A stretch of 62,209 nucleotides of DNA, counting the filler, from Kipferlia bialata (lineage: Eukaryota): assembly GCA_003568945.1 (NCBI GenBank). It is 4 parts of 4 records of this genome, joined end to end, with 100 filler letters (N's around TTAATTAATTAA, not from the genome) between each part and the next. Parts side by side here need not be neighbours in the genome. Positions count along the whole stretch, not along the records: positions 1 to 17,798 come from BDIP01000506.1; positions 17,899 to 35,694 come from BDIP01000507.1; 2 more parts are not named here. One strand, given 5' to 3'. The notes beneath the pieces are model-generated. The model saw nothing but the letters and a program-made list of their open reading frames with translations. It was not told where the DNA came from and did not search any database. Below are positions 13,501-26,500 of the stretch, in pieces; within the stretch, counting starts at the first letter, position 1, and every line of letters starts with the position of its first letter. The position numbers were made by a program, and so were the translations under genes.

Positions 13501-15668
13501 AGACAGACAGAAGGTTATTGAATATATAATAGTAATATAATTATTTACTTATGTTAGATGCAATACTATACATATACATCCCCAGAGCCAATCCTGAGTA
13601 AGGAAAGTATATACACAAGTTCATACAATACAAAATGTATTTACATAGATCTATGTCCACAAGCAGTCGGTATCCCCAGAGCCAATCCTGGAAATTAGAT
13701 GCCATGTAATACGAATATACTACCACATACACGCACATGATACACGTATATATGTGTCAATGTCTGAATGTAACAAGACTCTGCACTGTTATATATTATA
13801 TATATATTGTACTATATATATAATATATATTGTATTATATATATTATATATATAAAATACAATATATATTATATCTACTTATATCTCCATGACGTGTCTG
13901 TCAATTTCCCACACCGTACATCCAATACACAAAAAATACATATTGCTGACCTTAGAATGGCTAAATATCCCGACTGATGGTCGTACTCCATGACGTGTCT
14001 GTCAAATAGCCAAATACTATACATACAGTATATATACTTCTTACATATATGTATTGCTAATATACCTCAATATAGCTAGATATCCACTGTCATGATCATA
14101 TTCCATGACGTGTCTGTCAAAGTCCGAGTAGAGACTGGCATTGTACCACAGGGACTGGGTGTCCAACAGGGTGTAGGTGGCAGAACTAGAGGAACTGGAG
14201 AAACTAGAGGAACTAGAGGAACTAGAGGAACTAGAGGGACTATCACTATCAGTGGTGTCGATAGTTACGCGGTAGAGCCTCACACTAGCATGCTTGGGGT
14301 CCAGGGTGAATAGGAGGTCACCCCATGCAGCAAGTGGACCAAGGAAGGGGGACTGCTCGAAGTCATCAGTGCCTCAATTTAGATCATAGACAATTTATGT
14401 ATATACATACTATATATAATGGATGATAGACTACTAGTATGGAATACATATATGTCACTGGACCAAGGAAGGGGACTGCTCAAAGTCGTCAGTGCCTTTG
14501 ATTAGACAATATGAACACACACACACATATATGTATATATACTATATATTTTGAATGATAGACTATTAGTATGAGCACACATATTATATTGGGCCCAGGA
14601 AGGGGGACTCCTCGAAGTTGTAAGTGCCTATTTGATTAGAATTACATATTGACATATTAATACACACACAGAATTCATCAGGGCCTAAGGTGAGATGTAC
14701 ATACCGAAATCTCTATATATATGTAAAGTATTGCCTATGGCTGTATTGATATTGTACCTGCTGGCAGTGTGCTCCTGCACACTTGAATATAGTGCAAATA
14801 TAATATGAACATATACTATTAGTAGAGAAGGTGTATACATATATAGTTGTGCACTGTACCTGCTGGCAGTGTGCTGACTCCCTCCAGTGGCTCATGCACA
14901 TGGACCTGGGGGTCAGTGTATACATCACGTATATCTAGAGGTATCCTGGTGGAGAATGAAACTATATATATATACAGTGGCCTTTGTGCAGTGGCTCATG
15001 CACATTGACATGGAGATCAACGTCTATATACGATATAGAGAGAGAGATAGGGAGAGAAAGGTATATCATTTCACCTGCTGGGACTGTAGTAAGCCATATG
15101 GCAAATGACGTATGCTTAAAAATACTACAGATCATAGATCTAGTACAGTATATAGAATAATTCTCATGATTTCACCTGTTGGTACTGGATAGATCCATAT
15201 GGCCCATCCACCTCCACATACACCCAGTCCTGGTAGTCGAGATCGGTGTCAGAGTCTGGTGGTAAGGTATTGGAGGTACAGCGTATTCCTTGCATTCCTA
15301 CAGGAACCATCTCCTGGAAGTCCAGAAATAATACAATCAGAACATAATAATATAATGGATTATAATCAGAATATACACAACACATAATCCGATGTATATA
15401 GTATATATAATAGCTAATGCTACGCAACCGCGTCGTGGTCTGGTACGAGCACTCCCACATATGAGAGTGTACATATACTATATCATAGTATACATGTCTA
15501 TAATATAATATATCTATAATAATATATATCTATAATATAATGAATATATAATATAATACAATCATACATGCATATATGTATTATACCTGAGTCGTGGTCT
15601 GGTAGGAGCACTCCCACATATGAGAGTGTGCAATAGAGTATATCATTGTATATATACATATATACACG

Positions 15669-15719
<51 letters not shown>

Positions 15720-17712
15720 TATACCTGAGTCGTGGTCTGGTACGAGCACTCCCACATAGGACAGGGTCTCCAGTTCCCAGACCTGGAATCAAATATTGAA
15801 TGCATGTATGCATACTAATAATATATTATATTATAACATAGCGAATATATATCTCTCGTATCTACTATCATATCACACATAGGACAGTCTCGAGGTCCCA
15901 GACCTGGAGTCATGGGTGAATGTAAACAGGGACATTGGTATCAATTACTACCAGAGAGGTGTGCGCTGTGAGTCGTCTGTGGTACATATACACACATAAA
16001 TATGTATACTATTATAGTATATATACTACTACATATACTATAATAGTACTTATACAATTACCCATACCAGTGGGGTGCGCTGTGAGTCGTCTGTGGTGCT
16101 CCACCCAATGCTGGTACCGGCTCCCTTTTCTACGCCTCCCACTAGCTTGCCTGAGAAGTGAGGAGATACAATACTATATGACATGACTTATATACAATAG
16201 AAGCATAACAATAGGTGAGAAATTGCAGACTCTAGGGAGTCGTAAGAATACTACTAAATACAATGCTACGTACCTACTGCGTCTGTGAACTGCACTGTGA
16301 ACGGGATAATGGATCTTCATATGTAAGGCTATATATATAGACACTATTACATACACATCTACTGCATCAGTGAACTGCACGTGGAATGTGGTTGGCTATA
16401 TCTCTCTCTCTCTCTCTCTCGCTCGCTCACTCTCTCTCAACACACACATATATATATATATGATATATATTCACATATACCTTCTGCATCAGTGAACTGC
16501 ACGTGGAACGTGGTTGGCATATATATACATACATATATATAACTCTATTATGTACCTACAGCGTCTGTGAACTGCACGTGGAATGTGGTTGGCATATATA
16601 TATCGATAAATATATATGTATTCACTGATATATACTACACACACCTACAGCGTCTGTGAACTGCACGTGGAATGTTGGCATTATATATATGTAACTCTAT
16701 TATGTACCTACTGCATCTGTGAACTGTACGTGGAATGTGGTTGGCATGTATATATGTATATATATATAACTATAATATATACCTACTGCATCTGTGAACT
16801 GTACGTGGAATGTGGTTGGCATGTATATACACATCTATATATATAACTATACTATATACCTACTGCATACCTACTGAATCAGTGAACTGCACGTGGAATG
16901 TGGTTGGCATGTATATATTGATACATATATATGTATATATATATGGTGTATATATCTATGTATACCTACAGCGTCTGTGAACTGTACGTGGAATGTGGTT
17001 GGCATGTGCAGTTGGACGGAGGAAGGGGAGATGGAGGCAAAGGTGATGTCGTCACTGAAGTAGAGGATCTGACTTGTCGTGTAGTGTGTGCCGCTGTGGT
17101 ATGCTGTCAGGTACAGAGTGTCAATGTCAGCGTCACTCCCGGTTAGCAGGCTGAGATGAGGCGACCGAGGAAAGTAATCCACAGTATCATACATAAATAC
17201 ACACAGATGTATATATATCTACATACATACATTTACCTCAGTGTGTAAGTAGCACTATCTGCATGGTATGCCATGGGTGACTGGTCAGCCTCAGAGGTGC
17301 CTAGGTGCACCTCTCTTGGATAAGATATATGATATATGAATATATATGAATATATATGTATATACATATACTGTCAGTCTCAGAGGTGCCGAGGTGCCGA
17401 GCTGCACCTCCCTGGGGTGAGCCATACATATATGTACGGACACACTGGATACTTCCTATACACGTTACTTTATCAATATCGGGTTAATGGATTATAGCAC
17501 ACGCAACTCCCGTCTACTACTATATACTTTATACATATATGCTAATGTATATACATGGATAGGCACCTCCCGTCAGCTATCACTGCCCCATACTCATTGA
17601 CCACCTGTACAGTGAATATATACACATATATACGTATGTATATATATACTACTATATACTTATATTATTAAGTACCTCCCGTCAGCTATCACTGCCCCAT
17701 ACTCATTGACCA
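4543..17712 (-). CDS. Large type-I membrane surface protein with FG-GAP/beta-propeller-like and Ig-like segments; roughly 30 short exons; 5'-truncated by the scaffold end
   Basis: Exons include SEFGDYVSIDGSTLII, AVAYDGVTLAAG, VQLYRRDTDGQWVLVQT, FGVYDTLG and LGLYDKCKTLIP. The last exon encodes a TM helix (WFYYATAVLVLAVLGVIGYLYL) and a short tail ending ETLSV-TAA at 4543. Same style as the protein at 38023-47749. Confidence 0.8.
10822..11312 (-). repeat. Intronic tandem copies (four plus the exon) of an exon 3' end and donor site, ~120-bp period
   Basis: CCGTCTGCACCAGCACCCACTGGCCATCGGT recurs at about 10823, 10929, 11049, 11172 and 11281 (the real exon). Confidence 0.9.
12757..13692 (-). repeat. 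Array of partial copies of the exon encoding IGSGDADCMVMMLMVDDIE
   Basis: Six downstream copies of the 3' part plus GT (about 12757, 12887, 12993, 13072, 13182, 13287). Two upstream copies of AG plus the 5' part (about 13580, 13662). The full exon is at about 13412-13471. Confidence 0.9.
14183..14237 (-). repeat. Coding 9-bp repeat (GGAACTAGA)n encoding a poly-Ser linker
   Basis: Seen directly, in frame within the exon at 14066-14372. Confidence 0.8.
16271..17005 (-). repeat. Array of eight intronic copies plus the exon end encoding MPTTFHVQFTDAV with donor
   Basis: TACCTAC(T/A)GC(G/A)TC(T/A)GTGAACTG(C/T)ACGTGGAATGTGGTTGGCAT repeated, separated by different TA-rich spacers. Confidence 0.92.
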
Positions 17713-17740
17713 GTATACATAGGTACTACTGTATGAAGTA

Positions 17741-17798
<58 letters not shown>

Positions 17799-17898
17799 NN
17801 NNNNNNNNNNNNNNNNNNNNNNNNNNNNNNNNNNNNNNNNNNTTAATTAATTAANNNNNNNNNNNNNNNNNNNNNNNNNNNNNNNNNNNNNNNNNNNN
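17799..17898. other. Artificial scaffold linker (N44-TTAATTAATTAA-N44)
   Basis: Six-frame stop linker inside Ns, identical to those at 35695 and 48627. Confidence 0.97.
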
Positions 17899-17943
<45 letters not shown>

Positions 17944-17990
17944 TTCTCTCTCTATCCCTCTCTCTCCCTCCCTCTCTCTCTTACCCCTAG

Positions 17991-19236
17991 GTTGAGTGGG
18001 ATGGCATCTTCCACCCCATGGGCAAGCTGAGGCGCTATCTGTTTGTGGTGTCCATCGACTCATCCCTGTACCTGGCTATCGGGTATGTCTCTTCACACTC
18101 TGGTTTCCCCAAGCCTCTCTCACATGCACTCTCTCCAACATCGATCACCCTATATACCCTCTCTCTCCCTCTCTGGCTTCTGTCTCCCTTCGCATATCAT
18201 ATATATATATATATACATATATATCCATTGACATTAGGTTCTGGTTCCTCCGGGCCACCCACACCTACCAATCTCTCTCTCTCTCTCTCGCTCTATATAT
18301 ATGTACATATATTTATATATATCTATCTGTCTAACCCCTAGCTTCTGGTTCCTCCAGGCCACCCACACCTACCCCTGTGACACAGCCATGGACATACCCA
18401 AGGGACTGGCGCTGTGGAACAAGTGGCACAACATAGGTATATTGTATAGTGTATAGTGTACAGTGTACTGTACTATACTCTATATGGGGACTGTGGAACG
18501 AGTGGAACAAGTTGCACAACATATGTACACAGATTAGTCCACTATGTGTATGATAGTATTACGTTAATATACTCCTTCCTCTCACCCCCAGCTGTGTGTG
18601 GGTCCCACATCCTTTTGGGCAGTGGTTATTCTAGTATACATGTATATATATACTATATATACATTCTATCCGTCTCACCCCCCAGCTGTGCGTGGGTCCC
18701 ACATCCTGTGGCTCCTCTTGGACGTGTGTGTGTTTGACACTAGGCTATACCGGTATGTTTCGTAGTCTCACTATATAGTATATATCCACGTGAAATGTCC
18801 CGCATACTTATGTATACCTCTGTATATATTCCGGCAGTCCCCCCCCCCCTCACCCCCAGCGTGTTCACCAGGAACACTGCCTTTGCCCCCCTGGTCTGCT
18901 CTCTCTTCTACTTCACAGGCATCCTGGGCAAGGGTACGTGATACTATATATGGGGATATATACTGTATATTCACTCCCCCAGGTGTCATGACGTCTCTAT
19001 ATATATGTGTGCTTCAGACGCATACATATATACATTCGTAGTTTTATAAGTACACTGTGCATATACTAATCCCCAGGTGTCATGACGTCTGTGTACCCGT
19101 ATGAGTTCTACCAGCCCAGCAATGCGGGCAGATACAACCTGGTATGTATTCAGAGTAAGCAGTATCATGTACTCACTCCATCTCTCCTTGTTGTTCGGGA
19201 CAGTACCACCTTGTCCATTTCCCTGCCGTACCCCCC

Positions 19237-19271
<35 letters not shown>

Positions 19272-20227
19272 TCTTCTTACCCCCCAGATGATTGGCACTG
19301 TTATACTCTCTGTCGTGTGCCATCTGTCCCTGGTCAAGGTATGGGGAGTACTGTATGTCCAGCGTTCTTTGTGATATGTTTCGATACTGATACTGATACT
19401 GATACTGATACTGATACTGCGTCTCTATATACATATCTCACACTCAGATCTTTGGCTTCGTCAAGAAGTGGACTGGTGTTGTTGACACTGAGGCCCAGAA
19501 CCTGTTGGATGGGATAGACATGGAGGAGGAGGAGGAGGAGGAGGAGGGAGAGATGCTGAGCACATCCTCCATGGGTTCCAAGACACCCTTGACCAGCCCA
19601 CTCATTGTGACACCCAGGTATGCATGGTGATCTCTGTCTCCGTCTCTCTCCCTTTATATCTACGTATATGTACCCCTCTGACCCTTAGGATGTCCCGGTC
19701 CAGAACCCAGATGTCGGCCAAGAACAGAATCAGGTGGGTTTACTCATATACATTGATATATATATTTACATGTATGTATATATATTGGCAATTAATGACA
19801 GAATCAAGTGGTTATACATGTGTTTGCCGTTGTTTCCTACCATTCGTGACATAATGTCTTCTCCTCTAACCCCCTAACCCCCAGGGAATATGGCGCCCCA
19901 TCCCCCGACACGCCCAGATGGACACCCAGGTATGGATAGGATGGATATACTACCTAGATATACCCCTATTCATATATGCCTCCTTAACCCCAGGTCCCGC
20001 ACCCCTGTGATGAGTGCAGATGGGGAGAGCCCATGGCTGGGGTATAACAACCTCAGGTACAGGGGTGGATTGTGATAGAGATACACTTTCAATATGGGTG
20101 AGTACAGTTTGTGAATATGCCTTTTCTCACCCTCAGTGTTGTGCTACAGAACTCCCCTGTTCCCACCAGGCGTCTAGGCACACCCCGTACCCCACGTACA
20201 CCACGTACACCACTCTCTCCCAAGTAG
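17991..20227 (+). CDS. Multipass membrane protein (tentatively FAR-17a/AIG1-like), 5'-truncated, with a TP-rich C-terminal tail
   Basis: Exons give YLFVVSIDSSLYLAIG, GSHILWLLLDVCVF, FAPLVCSLFYFTGILG, SVYPYEFY and IGTVILSVVCHLSLVK, then an acidic run and TPRTPRTPLSPK-TAG. The family guess rests only on the H...LLD and YP motifs. Confidence 0.6.
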
Positions 20228-20511
20228 AGGGGTAGAGGGAGTAGTGTGTTGTTTAGAGTATGTGCGGTATATAAGAGTAGGGCCGGTGTGTCAATGTGTT
20301 AAGCGTTTGTTAGTAGTTCATTAGTCGTTCGTAAGAAGTGTGTAAGAATGTAGGAATTGAGTAGGTGTAAGAGGGATATGTTGAATAGACACCTAGAGGA
20401 GATCTCCCATGTTCTATTGACTGTTGTTGTGTCTAATGAAGGAATAGTACAATACTTGGAACAACACAATATATAGAAATACATGATTTTCACAGTCATA
20501 GCATAGGTGTC

Positions 20512-23500
20512 CTAGGTTGATCCCTCCCCATACTCCATGGCCATGTCTGTCACACCCTCCAGCCCATCCACCCCCCCTGCCTGTCTGGCCTCTACTCTCT
20601 GGGGTACCTCGACCAGGATGCGGCTCTGGGGTGGGAGAGAGTACACAAGTATAGTAAAAAATCATACTCACAGTAGGATACTGGTGACACCAATGACTAT
20701 TAAATCATATTCAGCTCTATATATATATTCACTGTACATCTACCATACCATAGCTGCCATGAATCTCCTCCTGTACAGGGCCGGCCTTACTATGGTGGGC
20801 ACCTTGCCACCCACCCTCTTGACAAGGGACTCAACCCTGGGGGGTGAGGGTGGTGAATTATATATAGATAGAGTATAGTATATAGTGTAGACAGTGCATA
20901 ACAAGCACATTGTACCTGCATGCCAAGGACCATGCCCTAAGATAGTCGATGACACCCACAACCAGTCTGGGGTCACTGTTGGTAGTGTCCACACTCCCTG
21001 TATGTGGTATAGGGTGTGTATGCCCTGTAGTATGTGATGTGTCTGTCTCCACCTTCTGCACACCTAGCAGGGCAGAGTAGTCCACAACCTGAGGTCAGTA
21101 CTATTCTATACATAGTGATTGAACCTGATGTCAGTGTTCTATATACTCTGATACTATACTATACTATATGAAGTGGTTACATCCTAGTAAGGCAGAGTAG
21201 TCGACAACCTGATATGAGTCCTCTATAATACAGCTATACTATACCATACTACATATAGTGATTACATACTCGCAAGGCAGAACAATCGACAACCTGAGGG
21301 GGAAGTGGTACAACAATGCGACGGAGACACAATGAATAGCCACAGCTACTATATACTAGATTCCTATCTGTGTGACTATACTTCCATGCTATATATACTA
21401 TTCTCTGCATAGTCACTACCTGCCACAGGTGCAACAGGGCACTGTCATTGTGCACACTCCTCAGGACCCTGGCCTTGTCACAGCCTGGGGTATGGATGGG
21501 TGTATATATATAATGATTATATATCTGGGATATGGATGGGTGGATGTATGTACAGTAGATCTATAGATGTGTGTTACTACCTGGGGTAAGCAAGACTTGA
21601 CAGAATACACATATATACATATGAGTATGAGATTATCTACATACAGGGAGATATGTAGACCTTCTCACAGATAGGGAATGGATTAAGAATGAGAGACTAC
21701 ATTCAGATACTATTGTACATATGAAATAGCTATAAAGACATACATCCACCCACCTGTGAGTACAAAGGGTGTCATGGCACTGCCCCTGACCACATTCTCA
21801 TCCTTGTACACAATGTCGGGCTGGAGGTTAGTGTATGAACCGTGTAGTAGTGGTATATGTATATATAGATATAGATTGAAATTACTCTGGGGGAAGAAGA
21901 TACCCACATATATAGAAACGATGTCTACTATAAACACTCACAGAACGTAGACTGCACAAGTATACCTGCACTGCTGTCTTTGCCACTGTGTGTGTGCACT
22001 AATGTATACACTACATACTAATATGTATACATGCATATGTATGTATATATGCACATGAGTATACCTGCACTGCTGTCTTTGCCACTGTCTGTGTGTCTGG
22101 GGTGGGTGACCCCGACACATGCCTGTTCCTCATGGAGCCTGGGGGTGGGGGAGATCATCATCCATACACACACATGCATACATATATATGGGACTTGGGT
22201 GGGGAGAGAGAGAGATGTATATATACATATATATATATATATTCAACTGTTCCACTGAAAGGAAGCCTCATGGAGCCTGGGGTGGGAGAGAGAGGGAGAG
22301 ATACAAAAGAAGAGAGAGAGAGAGATGCCCCCACCCTTGATGTCGCAGAGTGTCTGGAATGTGTGTGAGTGCCTAATGTTGCTCTGGCATGTCAGGATGT
22401 GCCGACTTGTCTCTCTCTTGTGGGGGGTACAGACACCACAGGATATCAGAGAGGTGAGCCAGTCCCTGGGGGTCAGAGGGAGAGTAGGATATCATAATGG
22501 TAACATAGTGCATGGTACTACATGAGGTATAAGACTTCATTGTGTCCACCCCCACCCACGAGAGCCATCATATCATAGTACATGTATACATATAATGTAT
22601 GTATATACAATACCTATGTCCCCCCCCACCCATGGCCTCCTGGGCACTATCTACAGTGACAGTAAGGGTGGGCAGGGATACCCCACCCTCAGCCTCTGTC
22701 TCTACAGGTGTATCCCTCTCCATCTGTCCCCACTCTGCACCCTCTATGGTACAGGCCTCCAGGGGGGTGGTGTGCACGATATAGGCACCTGGGGTCAGTG
22801 CGACCGCGTAGAAAACTTAAACCCAACGCAATGTACTGTTCTGATCATCGCGTAGATAATAAGAGTAGTATAGAGTATCAACATCCACCCTACCCAGGAT
22901 AGCGGACAGTGCCGATGGCAGGGGCCTGTCTGCCTGGAGTGCCCTGTACAGATACGCACAGAAGGAGGGAAACACAGACTCCAGGAAGAGGATCTCCTGA
23001 GGGTCAGTCTAGGCACACAATTATAACATAGTGACTACATAAAATTCCAGAATACACAAATGATCTGTATAGAGTATCTCGCTGACATGGTACCTGAGGG
23101 GTGGTGCTCTTCATCACAAACCGGCCTCCCTCTCCCTCCTCACTACTACCCTCCCCCACACTCCTGTAGAAGGCACTGCCGCTCTTACCCCCTGGAGTCA
23201 GTCAGAGGCACTATACTAGCTGTACTCCGAAGAGAGTATCAGTGGTCACACGGACTCTTTCGTGGTGAGCTACATACTATACTATCATCCCAAAACCTCG
23301 ACACATTGGGGCTAGTGGAGTCCAACAGATGACCAGACAATAGCTGCTGTTATATCACAATACTATAAATATATACATGCACATACCAGCGGGTGCCCAC
23401 CCCTCTGCCCGTGTCCAGTTCTGACAGTACACACCCTCAGCAGAGGCAGAAGGGGAGGCGTCATCTGATACAGACCCTGTGGTGAGTGTGTCTCTGTGTA

Positions 23501-26500
23501 ACAGTGACTCAATGATCCTGACTTATCTGATGTGTTTGTATGGATGTATCACGTGTTGTAAATGAATCCCACCGATGTATGCGTGTCTGAGTGCTCTGAA
23601 GTGCATTGGGTACAGCACAGACACAGACACGGCCACAGCAGTGCCACTCCTCTCCAAGGCCAGATAGTGGTGGGTCAGATGCCTAGGATCAGAAGTACTA
23701 CTATACATATGTAGAGAGAGAGAGAGAGAGAGAGAGATGCCTGGGGAGTGGTGGGGGAGAGTCCATATTCAGATACATACCTCATGCATGGGTGTTGTGG
23801 GTGTGACAGCAGCAGTACAGACAGAGGGGTGGGGGCGGACAGGGACTGGTACTCCCCATCTCCCTCTCCCTCCCATTCTAGACAGAGATCTGCCTCTCTG
23901 AGTGGTGGTAGGGGATCCCCCTCCCCATCCACAAGGCATAGCACGTCAGGTGCCCTCTGCCGCTGGTAGTCAATGTGATCGGTGTCAAGGGGCTAGGGTT
24001 AGTGATGTATATATATACGTAGTGAGAGAGTGAGAGAGAGGACAGAGAGAGAGAGAGAATCGGTCAATGTGATCGGTGTCAAGGGGCTGGGGCGAGGGAG
24101 AGAGAGAGAGAGGGAGCAGGGGATAGTATACACTTAGTACGTGTATAACTTATACATATGCACAATACCTGCTCTGCCTGTACTATGTCTGTGCCAAAGG
24201 TGGGTGCCTGGGACAGTGCACCAGGCAGCAGGGACGCATGCCATGATAGGACATGGGACAGAGGGGGGTATGCATAGGCATCATCATGGGTGGAGGGGTC
24301 AGTATCTCCCATGTCATCCTCAGCCTCGGAATCTAGTGTAGAGGACACCTCGCCTACACCTACACCTACACCCGTGAGGTCTCTACCTAACAGTCTCTCC
24401 CAGTCGTAGCACAGGATATCACCCTCATCCCACTCACCCCCACTGCTCTCTCCCTCACTCTCTCTCTCTCCCTCTTCTCTCTCCGACCTCTCTAACCCCT
24501 TCCTCTGTTCTTGGTAGAGTATAGACAGGTGGTGTCTCACAGGGAGAGAGAGAGTGTGTAGCGCACTACCCATACCCACAGACCTCAGTGCATGAGATAT
24601 CAGGCAGGGTGGGTCAGCATACAGCAGTGGAGTGGGGGTGGAGAGGGGTAAGGTATCTGGGGCCACAGGCAGTATGTGGGTAGGGGTCTCTGGGCTGTGT
24701 GCCACTCTGGACAGAAGGGTCGAGACAGACGGTACGGGGCAGGGGGGGAGAGACGGGGTACCGGCTTGGGTGTCGAGGGAGAGAGAGACACCCAGGGACT
24801 GGACGACATCCTTAGAGTTAGAAGGGAAAGAGCAAAATGTATAGGTCGAAACTACCACGTATATAGATGCCTCTGATACATACCTGAACCACTGCGAGTG
24901 TGGTATCCACCCTGTCTAGGGTATCAATGGTATCTCGCGTATCAAGTGCGTCACTAGATAGAGACACCCCAAGGTCCTCAGCAGACAGAACATCAGAGAC
25001 TGGGAGAGAGAGAGAGGACAGACCAGGAAGAGGTGTGTGCACGGCACCTGCCCGGCCTCTCTCCATCCCTTCCTCTCCATCTCTCTCCATCCCTCCCTGC
25101 GCTTCTTCCTCCCTCTCTGTCACATAGTCTACAGCTAGATGATCACCACACTGCATATCTGCCTCCCCTCCCGGCATATATGACCCTGCTACCCTATCTG
25201 GGTGTGTGTGCATGGCGTCGTGATCCCCGTGTAGCCTCACCCTGATGTTAGATAGATGGATAGCAGATGTTTAGGACTGATGGAAAGACATAAAAGAGAA
25301 ATACTGTATTTCTCTTTTTTGTATTTCAAATATATGAGTATAATGTATACCTTAGGTTTGATATGGCCTGTGCCTTGGCCTGTCTGAGACACCTCATGAC
25401 TGCTAGTATATATAGTATAGACACAGTATATATACTCATATACAGAACATATATATATATACTCATACACACCTGAGGTTTGATATGGCCTGTGCCTTTG
25501 CCTGCCTTAGACACCTCATGGCAGTGCCCGCCTCGGTGTCTCCCTCTCTCTCTCCCTCCGCCCCATCCTCCCCCCTCACATACCCCTCCACTCTCTCTAA
25601 CACACCCTCTGCCATAGTCAATAGAGGACACAACAGAGGCTGGAGGGGGTCAGAGGATAGTGAAGGAGGTGGGGTATGCTCTCTGCCCATCCTAGTCTCT
25701 CGCCCTTGCGTGTGCACCCGCTGTGATAGCAGGTGCGGCACTAGGAGGTGTAGGGGTGTGGATGTGATCTGGACTGTGCGTGGAGTGGGGACCAGTTTAG
25801 CACTGGATGCCTTGGCACTCACACCACCCTGTGCCTCAGACACTGTCCACACATAGGCATACACACTATGCCCACATGCTAGGGGTGGGGAGGGGGAGTG
25901 CAGCAAGAGAGACAGACCAGCCCACATGGGTACACCCCACAGCGCAGAGACAGCGGAGGGGGGGAGGGTCACCTTACGCCTACACTGTCTACACACACCA
26001 TTTACAGAGAGAGGCATAGGCGTGGAGGGAGAGGGGGAGAGGGGAGGTGTGGTGCTACCCTTGGTGGGTGGTGCCCTCTCTCCCTGCACTGCTATCCTCA
26101 GCCTCCTATCTCCGTGTAACAGTGCATCCACCACTCTCTCTCCGTGCATATAGGTGTGTATGGCACTGCCTAGGGTGGGGGTGGTACCCACGCATGACAG
26201 GTAGAGGTGTCTGGTGGGTAGGATGGTGTCCTCCCCTACCCTTCTCGTCCTGTGTACCAATAGAGGGTCCAAGAACGGGAGAGAGAGAGGAGGGGAGAGA
26301 GAGAGGCGGTGGAGGAACGTGTCCAGCATGGAGCGTGGTCCCTCCTCTCTCTCTCTCTCTGCCTCTGTCTCTAGTAACGTATGTCCCTCCATAGTCTGAG
26401 GGAAATGTGCACCTGGTACCACAGATAGCAGGTATGGGGCTGATGCACTGTCAGTGTACAGTGTGTCCATACTGGATATGCCCTCCATCCCATGCACCCA

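Noticed and set aside
2263..16930. Many 60-150 aa ORFs rich in Y/I/C/M or ER/SL in the ORF track
   Set aside because: These are translations of (TA)n and (GA)n intronic microsatellites or antisense frames of real exons.
16271..17005. Repeat-spacer arrays that look like CRISPR (also 12757-13460 and 10822-11312)
   Set aside because: The repeats are exon fragments with splice donors, the spacers are TA microsatellites of variable length, the context is eukaryotic, and no cas genes are present.
17843..17854. TTAATTAATTAA motif recurring three times
   Set aside because: Artificial six-frame stop linker inside N padding. Gene neighbourhoods across these linkers are meaningless.
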